Assembly (NCBI GenBank): GCA_035510575.1
Contig: DATKGV010000004.1
Location: forward strand, 88,419 to 152,418
Source: Minisyncoccota bacterium
GTDB taxonomy: Bacteria > Patescibacteriota > Minisyncoccia > Phycocordibacterales > UBA9973
Direction: 5' to 3'
Length of the DNA: 64,000 nt
Part shown: in pieces, positions 18,091 through 27,889 of the stretch
Layout of the letters: each line of letters starts with the position of its first letter
How positions within the stretch are numbered: position 1 is the first letter of the stretch
Position numbers and translations under genes: made by a program
Notes under the pieces: model-generated
Database searches by the model: none
What the model was told of the DNA's origin: nothing
Seen by the model: only the letters and a program-made list of their open reading frames with translations

Positions 18091-18411
18091 TTATATCCCC
18101 TTCAAATCGTCTAACACATTATCAACTGATTTTGACGGACCGGGAGCTGCAGGCATCTTGCTGCCGCCTTCGGGCTCATTAATTTTAAGATTAACGCGAG
18201 CATTATTCTTCATGCCGATAACGCGCAACAGCGTCCTAATAGCTTTCGCAGTATTGCCTTGGCGGCCTATAATTTTCCCCATATCGGCGCTATTAACAGT
18301 CATAGTAATGAGCACGCCCATTTCATCAACCGTTCGGTCGATTTTCACATCGTCCGGATAATCAACCAATGCTTTCACGACATATTCAAGAAACGCTTTA
18401 TCATCTGCCAT
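18091..18411 (-). CDS. khpA: KH-domain RNA-binding protein KhpA
   Basis: DMGKIIGRQGNTAKAIRTLL; located between rpsP and trmD. Confidence 0.92.
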   Translation of the reverse strand: MADDKAFLEYVVKALVDYPDDVKIDRTVDEMGVLITMTVNSADMGKIIGRQGNTAKAIRTLLRVIGMKNNARVNLKINEPEGGSKMPAAPGPSKSVDNVLDDLKGI

Positions 18412-18515
18412 ATTTTTATAGTTCTTATAGTATTATTCGTAAATCTATGCAGTGTACCGACTACAAACTGCGTTGCCTACATTGTAACACAATGAGCTTT
18501 TTCGTTGCAATAAGT

Positions 18516-18821
18516 TTAGGACTTCTTAAGTTCTTTGCGGGCTTTTGTCGGAGATTTTTTTGAAAGGATATTTTTCTTTTTGCCTTCGATTAATTTCTTA
18601 TGCACTAGAAAATTATGGATCGTATCGGAAACTTGAGCGCCATTTTTCATCCAATGCGAAATACGGTCGATTTTGAATAATATTTCTCCAGTTTTAACGT
18701 TGTATGAACCGAGAATTTCTTTAAATTTTCCGCTTTTTGTTGAATTTTTTGAATCAGTCAAAACAACCCGGAAAGCCGGATCATTCTTGCGGCCTATTCG
18801 CTGCAGTCGTATCATTAACAT
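18516..18821 (-). CDS. rpsP: 30S ribosomal protein S16
   Basis: MLMIRLQRIGRKNDPAFRVV...GKFKEILGSYN...GAQVSDTI. Confidence 0.97.
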   Translation of the reverse strand: MLMIRLQRIGRKNDPAFRVVLTDSKNSTKSGKFKEILGSYNVKTGEILFKIDRISHWMKNGAQVSDTIHNFLVHKKLIEGKKKNILSKKSPTKARKELKKS

Positions 18822-18877
18822 AGCGCCATCCTAACATAAAGCCATAAATCAATCAAGTTTTATGCTATACTCTCTAT

Positions 18878-20833
18878 GTGAAGAATCACAAAAAACATAT
18901 AAATTTTAGGCATGATGCAAAGCAAAACAGCCGATATATGGAAGGCATAATTGGCATATCCAATAAGGGATTTGGAACCGTCAGAATTAAAAACAGCGAT
19001 GAAACAATAGAAATTGATCATAGTTTTCTGCGCACTGCCTGCCATGGCGACACGGTGAAAATACTTCTTCACCCAAAAAAACAAAATAACGGCGAAACCG
19101 GCGAAGTTTCTGAAATAATCAGAAGATCAAAAAAAGGATATTCAGGAATTATTGGCAATAAGAACGGCATATATTTTCTAATGCCCAGCGATTTGAAAAT
19201 GTATTCGGATATTATCATTCCAGAGAACAAATTAAATGGCGCCAAAATTGGACAGAAGGTCTTCGCGTCTATTACTGACTGGGCTGATGCAAAAGTTGCG
19301 CCGATTGGAGAAGTAATAAAAATTCTCGGCAGACCGATGGATAATAATGTGGAAATGGAAGCCATCGCCCTTGAGAAAGGTTTTGATTCAATCTTCCCTA
19401 TTCAAGTTTTGAAAGAAGCTCAAAAAATATCTGAAGATGGAATAAAAGGTAAAGATATGGAAAATCGCCGTGATATGAGAGGAGTGGCGACATTCACTAT
19501 TGATCCAGAAGATGCTAAAGATTTTGACGATGCTTTATCGTTTAAAAAGCTTCCAAACAGCCGTTATGAGATTGGTATTCATATTGCTGATGTTTCATAT
19601 TATGTAAAATTAAATACTGTCTTGGATCAAGAAGCTCGACTTCGGGGCACGTCTGTTTATCTAGTGGATCGCACAATTTCAATGCTGCCCGAAGAGCTTT
19701 CAAATGATCTCTGCAGTTTAAAGCCCAATGCTGATCGGCTGACATTTTCAGCCATTTTTGAGATTGACGAGTATGGGAAAGTTTGGAGCGGTTGGTTCGG
19801 CAGAACAATTATCAGATCCGATAAGCGCTTCACCTATGAAGGCGCCCAGAAAATTCTTGACGATAAAAAGGGCGAATTCTTCGAAGAACTTAATATACTA
19901 AACAGCATCGCAAAGAAACTTTTAAAAAAGCGCTTTGATGAAGGAGCCATATCGCTTGAGCAGGATGAAGTCAAATTCAAACTGGACGAAAAGGGCGTTC
20001 CTATTTCCGTTTATGTAAAGGTGCGCGGCGATACACATAAGCTGATTGAAGAATTCATGCTATTGGCCAATCGCAAGGTTGCGGAGGCATTGTCTCATGA
20101 AGATAAAAATAAGCAGAATATATCTCTTTATAGAATACATGATCTGCCTAATAAAGAAAAAATGAGGGACTTGGCGAATTTTTTCAAAAAATTGGGATAT
20201 AACGTAAAGCTTGCGAATGGCATTATTCCATCGGAAGAAATAAATGCGCTCGTTGCAAAATTTGAAAATAGCCCTATGCGCGATACTATCAGCACCGCTA
20301 TCGTTAGAACTATGGCCAAGGCGGCTTATTCGACAAAAAATATCGGGCATTATGGATTGGGTTTTGAGTTTTATACCCATTTCACTTCGCCAATTCGCAG
20401 ATATCCGGATATAATCGTTCATCGAATGCTTGCAGATTTCCTCAAGGGAAAAATAATACCCAAAGAGCATTGGGCGCTATACGAAGAGATGGCGTTGGAA
20501 GCGTCAAATCGCGAGAAGGAAGCTGCCGAAGCCGAGCGCGCGTCCATTAAATATAAGCAAGTGGAATATATGGGGAGCCGCATTGGAGAAAAATATGACG
20601 GTATGATTACAGGCGTCACCGAATGGGGGCTTTATATTGAAGATAACAAAACAAAATGCGAGGGCATGGTTAAAGTGCGCGATTTGAAAGATGATTATTA
20701 TGTTTTTGATAAAAAGAATATGAGCATAACCGGCAAGAAGACGCATAAAAGATATACATTAGGAAATAAAGTCAGATTTGAAGTTATAGGCGCCGATATG
20801 AATAAAAAGACGATAGATTATGCTTTGGTATGA
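18878..20833 (+). CDS. rnr: Ribonuclease R (RNB family)
   Basis: FTIDPEDAKDFDDALS, HFTSPIRRYPD, C-terminal S1 domain. Confidence 0.95.
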   Translation: MKNHKKHINFRHDAKQNSRYMEGIIGISNKGFGTVRIKNSDETIEIDHSFLRTACHGDTVKILLHPKKQNNGETGEVSEIIRRSKKGYSGIIGNKNGIYFLMPSDLKMYSDIIIPENKLNGAKIGQKVFASITDWADAKVAPIGEVIKILGRPMDNNVEMEAIALEKGFDSIFPIQVLKEAQKISEDGIKGKDMENRRDMRGVATFTIDPEDAKDFDDALSFKKLPNSRYEIGIHIADVSYYVKLNTVLDQEARLRGTSVYLVDRTISMLPEELSNDLCSLKPNADRLTFSAIFEIDEYGKVWSGWFGRTIIRSDKRFTYEGAQKILDDKKGEFFEELNILNSIAKKLLKKRFDEGAISLEQDEVKFKLDEKGVPISVYVKVRGDTHKLIEEFMLLANRKVAEALSHEDKNKQNISLYRIHDLPNKEKMRDLANFFKKLGYNVKLANGIIPSEEINALVAKFENSPMRDTISTAIVRTMAKAAYSTKNIGHYGLGFEFYTHFTSPIRRYPDIIVHRMLADFLKGKIIPKEHWALYEEMALEASNREKEAAEAERASIKYKQVEYMGSRIGEKYDGMITGVTEWGLYIEDNKTKCEGMVKVRDLKDDYYVFDKKNMSITGKKTHKRYTLGNKVRFEVIGADMNKKTIDYALV

Positions 20834-22491
20834 ATAAGAAATATATATTTATATGCCTGATAATTATAGCTTCCATAGCGGGATCGCTGACAGGCCTTGC
20901 AGTTGCTAAAAAATTAATAAATATAAAAGAAAATAATTTAACGGCGCAAGTTTTAGAAAATACAAATATTACACCGGTACAACAAATACCGGACACTACC
21001 CTATTTTTTGTCGGAGACATGATGCTTGATCGGAGCGTAAAATCATCCGTTATTAAAAATTTCAATGGAGATTACAGCAAGCTTTTTACAAATCTTGAAG
21101 ATTTAAAATCCGCCGACATACTATTTGCCAATCTTGAAGGCGATGTATCAGATGTTGGCAATAATGTGGGGAGCATTTATTCATTCCGCATGGATCCAAA
21201 AGTTTTGCCTGCAATTAAAGATGCCGGTTTTGATATTGTCTCATTTGCCAATAATCATGCCGGTGATTGGAATATAAAAGCATTTAAAGATACCTTATTG
21301 CGACTGCAAGATATAGGCATATTAGAAACCGGAGCAGGCATGACAGAAGCCGAAGCGGAAGCGCCGGCTATTATAGAAAAAAATGGTGTAAAATTCGGCT
21401 TTATCGGATTCTCCGATGTCGGACCAGATTGGCTTGCTGCGAAAGATAATGCTCCTGGTATATTGCTTGCAAGCGATCCAAACTTGCCTGACATAATTAA
21501 AAATGCAAAAGCGAACTGCGATGTGCTTATTGTATCATTCCACTGGGGCATAGAATATAAGACAATTCATAATAAACGGCAAGAAACTTTGGCTCATACT
21601 GCTATAGATAACGGCGCGGATATGGTAATAGGCAGCCATCCTCATGTCATGGAAGATATAGAGACCTATAATAATCGTCCGATAGTGTATTCGCTGGGCA
21701 ATTTTATTTTTGATCAATCTTTCTCAAAAGATACTATGCACGGCATGCTTTTTGAAGCTGTTTTTTCTGGTAATAAATTAAAAAGTACAACACAAAAGAT
21801 AATAGAATTAAATGAATTCTACCAGCCGGAAGGCATATTTGACTGGCAAGATCAAATTACAAACAAACCAGAAACACAGAAAATTTTTTCATGCCCGAAA
21901 CCGACAAAAGAATATGAAGATGAAACTTATTTAAATATAGATCAAACAGTCAACCTTCCCGATGCTTCATATATTCCGTCTGATTTGGAAAAATTGCCTA
22001 AAAATATTTCAACTTCAAATATATGCCTTATAAAGGAAGCCAAAGACGCGCTTGAAGATATGCTTGAAGCTGCAAGCGAAGCCGGTTACACAATAGTGGC
22101 TTCTTCAGGATTCCGCGATTATGATACGCAAAAAGGCATATTTGATAATGATTTAAAAACAAAAAATATAGATGTTTCTAATTCAGTCGCCAAACCGGGG
22201 TTTTCCGAACACCAGCTGGGTGTGGCAGTAGATCTGACAAGCAAATCGATAGCATATGCATCGGCGAGCGGTAAGTTTGAAAATACAAATGAGGCGAAAT
22301 GGCTGGAAGCTAACGCATATCTGTATGGATTTATTCAAAGCTATCCAAAAGGCAAGGAAGATATTACCGGCTATATGTATGAACCGTGGCACTATCGCTA
22401 TGTCGGCGTAGAAAATGCTTTGGAGATAATAAAAACCGGAGAAACTGTAAATCAGTTTTTGAAAGACAAAATAGATCAGGAAACTCTTTAA
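20830..22491 (+). CDS. CapA-family metallophosphoesterase fused to VanY-like D,D-carboxypeptidase (M15B)
   Basis: GDMMLDR, ANLEG, ANNH, HWG, GSHPHV, YSLGNF (CapA); SGFR, SEHQLGVAVD, YEPWHYRYVG (VanY). Confidence 0.85.
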   Translation: MNKKYIFICLIIIASIAGSLTGLAVAKKLINIKENNLTAQVLENTNITPVQQIPDTTLFFVGDMMLDRSVKSSVIKNFNGDYSKLFTNLEDLKSADILFANLEGDVSDVGNNVGSIYSFRMDPKVLPAIKDAGFDIVSFANNHAGDWNIKAFKDTLLRLQDIGILETGAGMTEAEAEAPAIIEKNGVKFGFIGFSDVGPDWLAAKDNAPGILLASDPNLPDIIKNAKANCDVLIVSFHWGIEYKTIHNKRQETLAHTAIDNGADMVIGSHPHVMEDIETYNNRPIVYSLGNFIFDQSFSKDTMHGMLFEAVFSGNKLKSTTQKIIELNEFYQPEGIFDWQDQITNKPETQKIFSCPKPTKEYEDETYLNIDQTVNLPDASYIPSDLEKLPKNISTSNICLIKEAKDALEDMLEAASEAGYTIVASSGFRDYDTQKGIFDNDLKTKNIDVSNSVAKPGFSEHQLGVAVDLTSKSIAYASASGKFENTNEAKWLEANAYLYGFIQSYPKGKEDITGYMYEPWHYRYVGVENALEIIKTGETVNQFLKDKIDQETL

Positions 22492-22503
22492 ATATTAAGT
22501 TTT

Positions 22504-23568
22504 TTATTTCTTATATATGGCCGAACTATTAGTTGGATAGTTATACAAGTAGGTTTTATTATTCCCAGTCATAACCTTGCCGGTGCTATCTGACCAGCTA
22601 AAATTGGAACTGTCTCCCAAGGATGCGGCTAGCGAAGCGGCGCCTGTTTTATTTATTGAAGCGATGCTGATATAAACTTTAAATGTCTGAGATTTTCCGG
22701 CTGTCAATGCATACCCTTTAGAAAAACTAATTACTGGATTTCCTGAAGTGACAGAGGTGTTGGTTGTAGCAACAACACTGTTACTGCTATCTTTTACAAT
22801 AATGGAAGAATTGCTTAAAGTAGCACCGATGACAGAGAGTTTTATAGGCAAAGAATTAAGTTTAATACTTCCGTGCGTATCAGCAGTAACAGTCGCATCA
22901 ATAACTTCATTGGAACCGACTGCCAAAACGGAGTTGCCGGATTGAGATACAGTGATAGCCGGTTTTGAATTAACCAGCATCATCATCGGCGCGGAGATAG
23001 AAGGAGTGATTGCAGTTATAATATTGCTGCCAGCATAATTATTGCCAGATTTAGCAGTAGCCCAGTACTTGACATAAGTTAGGGCAATTTGAGAAGTCGA
23101 ATTTGAAGCAACGCCACCTGAGCCGACTGCAGGATAAGAAACGTAAACGTCGACATTTAAATTAGAACTGCCAGCAGGAACAGTCAAACTAAGACCGGCA
23201 AGATAGGCCACGCCGCTGATAACAGGAGCGGATATGCCGCCTACTTTGACGCTTGTCGCATTAGTTGCGGAGAATTTAAGCTCTTTAATGCCGGCAATTG
23301 TGCAGCCATTATTGCCGAAAGTGAATTTATAAGTAAATTTTGCCGCATCGGCAATCCCAGTACTGCCAGCAGCTATATATTGCCCGGCTGTTGTTGATGA
23401 TGCAACAAGCACAGGAGTATTAAGATTGCTGCAAGTAACAGTCGTCGCTGAAGCGCCAAGATTCGACGGCTCCACAACTGAACTGCGACTATTAAATATG
23501 CTGCGGAAAGTTTGATACGAAAGCAATATTACAATAACAATAAGAACAGGAATAATATATTTTTTCAT
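22504..23568 (-). CDS. Secreted beta-rich hypothetical (S-layer/Ig-like) protein
   Basis: N-terminal hydrophobic anchor; Ser/Thr/Val-rich; own TTGCCA-17-TATAAT promoter. Confidence 0.6.
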   Translation of the reverse strand: MKKYIIPVLIVIVILLSYQTFRSIFNSRSSVVEPSNLGASATTVTCSNLNTPVLVASSTTAGQYIAAGSTGIADAAKFTYKFTFGNNGCTIAGIKELKFSATNATSVKVGGISAPVISGVAYLAGLSLTVPAGSSNLNVDVYVSYPAVGSGGVASNSTSQIALTYVKYWATAKSGNNYAGSNIITAITPSISAPMMMLVNSKPAITVSQSGNSVLAVGSNEVIDATVTADTHGSIKLNSLPIKLSVIGATLSNSSIIVKDSSNSVVATTNTSVTSGNPVISFSKGYALTAGKSQTFKVYISIASINKTGAASLAASLGDSSNFSWSDSTGKVMTGNNKTYLYNYPTNSSAIYKK

Positions 23569-23632
23569 AATTTTTTAGTTAAATTTTTAATAATTGTAAT
23601 TATACCTCTCATTGCGTTATATGGCAAGCCAT

Positions 23633-25927
23633 TTACTTAGCGTACGCGCTTGCATCTTCAAGGTGAATTGAGAAAAGCTTGGAAGCGCCTTCGGCGCCCA
23701 TCGTTACGCCGTAAAGCACATTGGCTCGCGACATGGTCTCGCGATTATGAGTTACAACTATGAGTTGTGAAAATTTCGACAAATTCAGGAGCATATCCCC
23801 ATACTTGCGGGAATTCGATTCATCAAGCGCGGCATCCGTCTCATCAAGCACTAAAAATGGCGGCGGATTAACTTGGGAAATGGCAAAAAGAAGCGCAATT
23901 GACGTGAGCGATCGCTCGCCGCCGGAGAGCATATGCAGATCTTTTACTTTTTTCTTCGGCAAAGTCACATTAATCTCAATTCCCCTCTCAAATTCCAATT
24001 CCGTCTCTTCTTGTCCCAGTTCATCTGCGTCATTTGATTCGCCATCTTCTGAAATAGATTCATCTCTGTCAGATAGCATATTTCTCGGACGCTTATGTTC
24101 CATAGTAATCGAGATAAATGCCGAACCGCCGCCGAACATAAGAGAGAATAAATTCTGAAATTGCTTGTTAATTTTAGCCACTCCGTCCTTAAATTCCGCG
24201 TCCAGCTTTTCTTTTAATTCCTGTATGAGCAATTTGAGAGAGTCAATGCTTTTATTCAAATCGTCAATTTCTTTAGCAAGAAATTTATCACGCTCTTCCG
24301 CATCTTCATATTCCTTCATCACATCGGAGCCGCTGCCGCTGCCTGCATCTTCAAGCTTGATTTTTATGCGCTCAATTTTGCGCCGAAGCTCATCCATAAA
24401 TGAGCGCGATATTTCATTGCCCGCTTCAAGACGCGCATACGATGCAACTTCGCGGCCTACAAATCCTGCCGCTTCGGATAATTCTATTTCAAAAGAATTT
24501 TTAATTAGCGCCAAATTTTCCTCTTCAAAATGGAGCCCTTTCATATCAGCATCTACTTTATTCTTTTCATTAAGGAGCTCATAAAACAGCCGCTCGTTAT
24601 TACGCAGAGCTGATTGAGATTCCTGCTCTTTTTGCTTAAGATTCCCTATTATTTTTACAATATCAAGTTCTTCTTCTTTTATTTTTTTTAAATCAGATGT
24701 TATGCCATTTTTCGCATTCTGCATTTCCATATATTCTTTATTTTCATTCAGGGAAAGTTTTTTATTGTCAATCATCTCGGATTTCGGCAAAAATTCCGAG
24801 AGTTTGGATTTCATATTTCTAAGAATCCTCCCTATATTCGGCAAATCCGTCGATGCGATGGCCTCGTCAATGCGCGATTCAAGATCTTTCATGAATGATT
24901 TCCATTCAGATTCAGATATTACACGCTCTTTTTTTAGGGATATATTTGCAAATTGCCGTTCTAATCCCTCTATAATTCCCTCAATACGGCCAAGAGAGCG
25001 CGCCAAATCGTCTTTCTTTTCGCGGATTAAAGATAAATCATTATCATAGCTCTTTATTTGTTTTTCATGCTCGCTTTCAATTGCATTTTCATTTTTCTTC
25101 CTCTGCAACGATGAAATTTTCTCATCAAGCGAAAGTCCCTGTTCTAGAAGCGCGCTGCGCAAGCCGGCCAGGCGCTTAGTTTCATTATTTATATATGTCG
25201 ATTCATTTGAAAAATATGTCTTATAAAGATCCTTAAGTTCTTCCCGCATTAAGCGCGATTTTTCTATGACTTGGACTTGTTTTTTTAGAAATGCCAAATG
25301 CGGGGCGATTTCTCGGCGCTGCATCTGCGCTTCTTTCATATTTAGAAGGGTTTTATCAATCTTGCGTTCAGATTCGCGAATCCTATATTGGTAAATTTTC
25401 AACCCGAGAGCATCCTCAATCATGGCGCGCCTGTCTTTATTGGAAGCGTTGAGAACGTGGTCGGATTCGCCCTGCGAGATGATATGGTGGCCTGAGCTCC
25501 CGATATTCACCGATGCAAGCAGGTCGACAATATCTTTTAACCGCACTTCAGTGCCATTGATACTGTAGCGATTTATCCCATCGGAAAAAACTTCGCGGCC
25601 TATGACTATTTCATCATAATCAAGAGGTATGCCGAGCCCGCTATTCGTAAATGAAAAAATTTTCCGGCTATTGTCAAAGGTAATCGACACCAGAGCGCGA
25701 TTGGCGGAAGGCAAAGTTTTCGATCCCTTGAAGATAAGATCAACTCCGCCTTTGCCGCGAAGTGATTTCATGGATTGCTCGCCAAGGACAAAACGAATAG
25801 CCTCGACAATATTGGATTTGCCGGATCCGTTTGGCCCGACAATGGCGGTGATGGGCGCCGCAAACATGACGGAACTTTTCCGGCCGAACGATTTAAACGA
25901 CGCAAGCTCGATATTTTTCAAAGTCAT
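23633..25927 (-). CDS. smc: Chromosome segregation ATPase SMC (short form)
   Basis: GPNGSGKSN Walker A, LSGGE signature, LVLDETDAALD Walker B; follows rnc. Confidence 0.9.
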   Translation of the reverse strand: MTLKNIELASFKSFGRKSSVMFAAPITAIVGPNGSGKSNIVEAIRFVLGEQSMKSLRGKGGVDLIFKGSKTLPSANRALVSITFDNSRKIFSFTNSGLGIPLDYDEIVIGREVFSDGINRYSINGTEVRLKDIVDLLASVNIGSSGHHIISQGESDHVLNASNKDRRAMIEDALGLKIYQYRIRESERKIDKTLLNMKEAQMQRREIAPHLAFLKKQVQVIEKSRLMREELKDLYKTYFSNESTYINNETKRLAGLRSALLEQGLSLDEKISSLQRKKNENAIESEHEKQIKSYDNDLSLIREKKDDLARSLGRIEGIIEGLERQFANISLKKERVISESEWKSFMKDLESRIDEAIASTDLPNIGRILRNMKSKLSEFLPKSEMIDNKKLSLNENKEYMEMQNAKNGITSDLKKIKEEELDIVKIIGNLKQKEQESQSALRNNERLFYELLNEKNKVDADMKGLHFEEENLALIKNSFEIELSEAAGFVGREVASYARLEAGNEISRSFMDELRRKIERIKIKLEDAGSGSGSDVMKEYEDAEERDKFLAKEIDDLNKSIDSLKLLIQELKEKLDAEFKDGVAKINKQFQNLFSLMFGGGSAFISITMEHKRPRNMLSDRDESISEDGESNDADELGQEETELEFERGIEINVTLPKKKVKDLHMLSGGERSLTSIALLFAISQVNPPPFLVLDETDAALDESNSRKYGDMLLNLSKFSQLIVVTHNRETMSRANVLYGVTMGAEGASKLFSIHLEDASAYAK

Positions 25928-25928
25928 A

Positions 25929-26627
25929 TTATTTTTCCAGCCAATCTTTAACTTCTAATGCAAGCTTGGCCGCTTCCTGCTCGGCTTCCTGCTTGCTGTG
26001 GCCTTTGCCCTCCGCAATGCGATCATCGCCGAAGAATATGCCGACGGTAAAATGCTTATCATGATCAGGGCCGGACTCGTTTAAAACTTTGTATGAAGGA
26101 GTTATATTCAAATATTCCTGGGATTTTTCCTGAATCAAGCTCTTGGCATCGCGCCACAGCTTCTTGGAAACAATAGTATCGACTTTGACAAGCAATGTGC
26201 GCGATATGAATTGCAAGGCCTTTTCATATCCTTGATCCAAATATACCGCTCCGACATAGGATTCGTAAGTATTGGCCAAGATATAGCTGCGAGCTTTGCC
26301 GATATCTTTGGCTTCGCCTTTTGAAAGAAGCAGGTAATCGTTCATTCCGAGAGATAAAGCTACTTCGCCGATAATAACGGCATTAACAAGAGCTGACCTA
26401 TAAGCGGTCAAGTCGCCTTCGTCGCGATCAGGATATTTTTTATACAGATAATCGGTGACGATGAGTTCAAGCACTGCGTCGCCTAAGAATTCCAAACGTT
26501 CATTGTGCGACAGCTTTGAATCGTTATTTTCATTTATATAGGAACGATGAATAAACGCCTGTTCGAGCAGTTTTTTGTTTTTAAAAAAAATATTTGTCTT
26601 GTTTTCGAATTCAGAAAAATCAATCAT
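25929..26627 (-). CDS. rnc: Ribonuclease III
   Basis: NERLEFLGDAVL signature plus dsRBD. Confidence 0.97.
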   Translation of the reverse strand: MIDFSEFENKTNIFFKNKKLLEQAFIHRSYINENNDSKLSHNERLEFLGDAVLELIVTDYLYKKYPDRDEGDLTAYRSALVNAVIIGEVALSLGMNDYLLLSKGEAKDIGKARSYILANTYESYVGAVYLDQGYEKALQFISRTLLVKVDTIVSKKLWRDAKSLIQEKSQEYLNITPSYKVLNESGPDHDKHFTVGIFFGDDRIAEGKGHSKQEAEQEAAKLALEVKDWLEK

Positions 26628-26633
26628 AAAAAA

Positions 26634-27539
26634 TTAATTCGCTTTTTTTGTAAGAATCTCTATCGCTTTAGTTAAAAGAGGTACCATGTTGTCATACATT
26701 TTAAGATTCGGAATTTCTTCAAGCGCAAACCATCTTGCGTCATCCAATCCTCCAGTGCCTTTTTCAAGGACAATATTTGCATACGGAGATTCGCCGAGAA
26801 AGAATACGACTTGCTTGCGAATTTTCCCTTTTTCCGGATGCGAGGCTATATATTCATTGCGTCCAAGCAATTCTTTTATTTTAATATCAAGGCCCATTTC
26901 TTCCTTTATCTCGCGAATGGCGCCTTGTTCTTCATTTTCATTTTCTTCAATGCTTCCTTTAGAAAGAGTCCAGTAGCCAAACACGTCATGAACGAAGGCG
27001 AAATAAATTTGGCTGTTTTCTATCGCATAAACGACGGCGCCGGCTTTTTTCTCTATCGGGAATTTAGCGGGATCAGTTTCAAAATGCTTGTTCTTCCTGC
27101 TGACATCATTCTTGCCTGGCTCGCCTATTTCCTTATAGACCCCGCCCAGAACTCCGTTTATGAATTTGCTGGAGTTTTCCCCGCCGAAACTCTTGGCAAG
27201 CTCGATTGATTCGTTGATTGCCACTTTGGGCGGCACTTCCTTATGATCGCCGAACAATAATTCATATAATCCTATACGCAGAATATTGCGGTCCACTATT
27301 GATATCTTATCAATCGGCCAATCCGGAGCGGCTTTCTCGATGATTTCATCGATAATCGGCTTTTTCTTTATAATGCCGAGAAAAAGCTCCTGCATAAATT
27401 GCGAGTCGTCAAGCCCCGGTCCGAATTCTAGAATGTTGCGATTAAGCATCTCTTTTGGATTCATTTCATTATTCAATGAAAAATCCCACTCAAAGAGCGT
27501 CTGAAGAACAATTGAACGTGAAAGGTGCCTGTTTGCCAT
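26634..27539 (-). CDS. nusB: Transcription antitermination factor NusB fused to C-terminal Nudix domain
   Basis: MANRHLSR..LQTLFE, DRNILRIGLYE, KFINGVL; then KGSIEENENEEQGAIREIKEEMG Nudix box. Likely ATG at 27539. Confidence 0.9.
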   Translation of the reverse strand: MANRHLSRSIVLQTLFEWDFSLNNEMNPKEMLNRNILEFGPGLDDSQFMQELFLGIIKKKPIIDEIIEKAAPDWPIDKISIVDRNILRIGLYELLFGDHKEVPPKVAINESIELAKSFGGENSSKFINGVLGGVYKEIGEPGKNDVSRKNKHFETDPAKFPIEKKAGAVVYAIENSQIYFAFVHDVFGYWTLSKGSIEENENEEQGAIREIKEEMGLDIKIKELLGRNEYIASHPEKGKIRKQVVFFLGESPYANIVLEKGTGGLDDARWFALEEIPNLKMYDNMVPLLTKAIEILTKKAN

Positions 27540-27550
27540 AAAAAATCTAG

Positions 27551-27604
27551 AAAATAAAATCTTGAAATGTTTCTTGTATAAGAAACATTTCAAGATTTTA
27601 TTTT
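27551..27604. repeat. 25-bp-arm perfect AT-rich hairpin between rpmF and nusB
   Basis: aaaataaaatcttgaaatgtttctt-gtat-aagaaacatttcaagattttatttt; overlaps the rpmF stop codon. Confidence 0.8.
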
Positions 27605-27807
27605 TTCTTTTTAGCTTGCTTCTTCTCTACTTTCTTTACCACATCTATAACCTTGCGCCCGTTGTAAAAACCGCAATTTTTGCAAATTATATGAGTTTCC
27701 TTTGCTCCCTTGCAATTTGAACACGTGGCAAAAACCTTGGCTTTCAAGGCATGATGTGATCGGCGGTTCCCCGTATGAGCTCGCGTATGTCGCATTCGTA
27801 CTACCAT
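27598..27807 (-). CDS. rpmF: 50S ribosomal protein L32
   Basis: RRSHHAL..CSNC..HIICKNCGFYNGR. Confidence 0.95.
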   Translation of the reverse strand: MVVRMRHTRAHTGNRRSHHALKAKVFATCSNCKGAKETHIICKNCGFYNGRKVIDVVKKVEKKQAKKKK

Positions 27808-27889
27808 AATTATCAGTATACTAATTTTTATATAAAATGCAAATAAAAAGACACCTTACTATTGTTTAAGTAGTAGGTGTCTTTAAATT

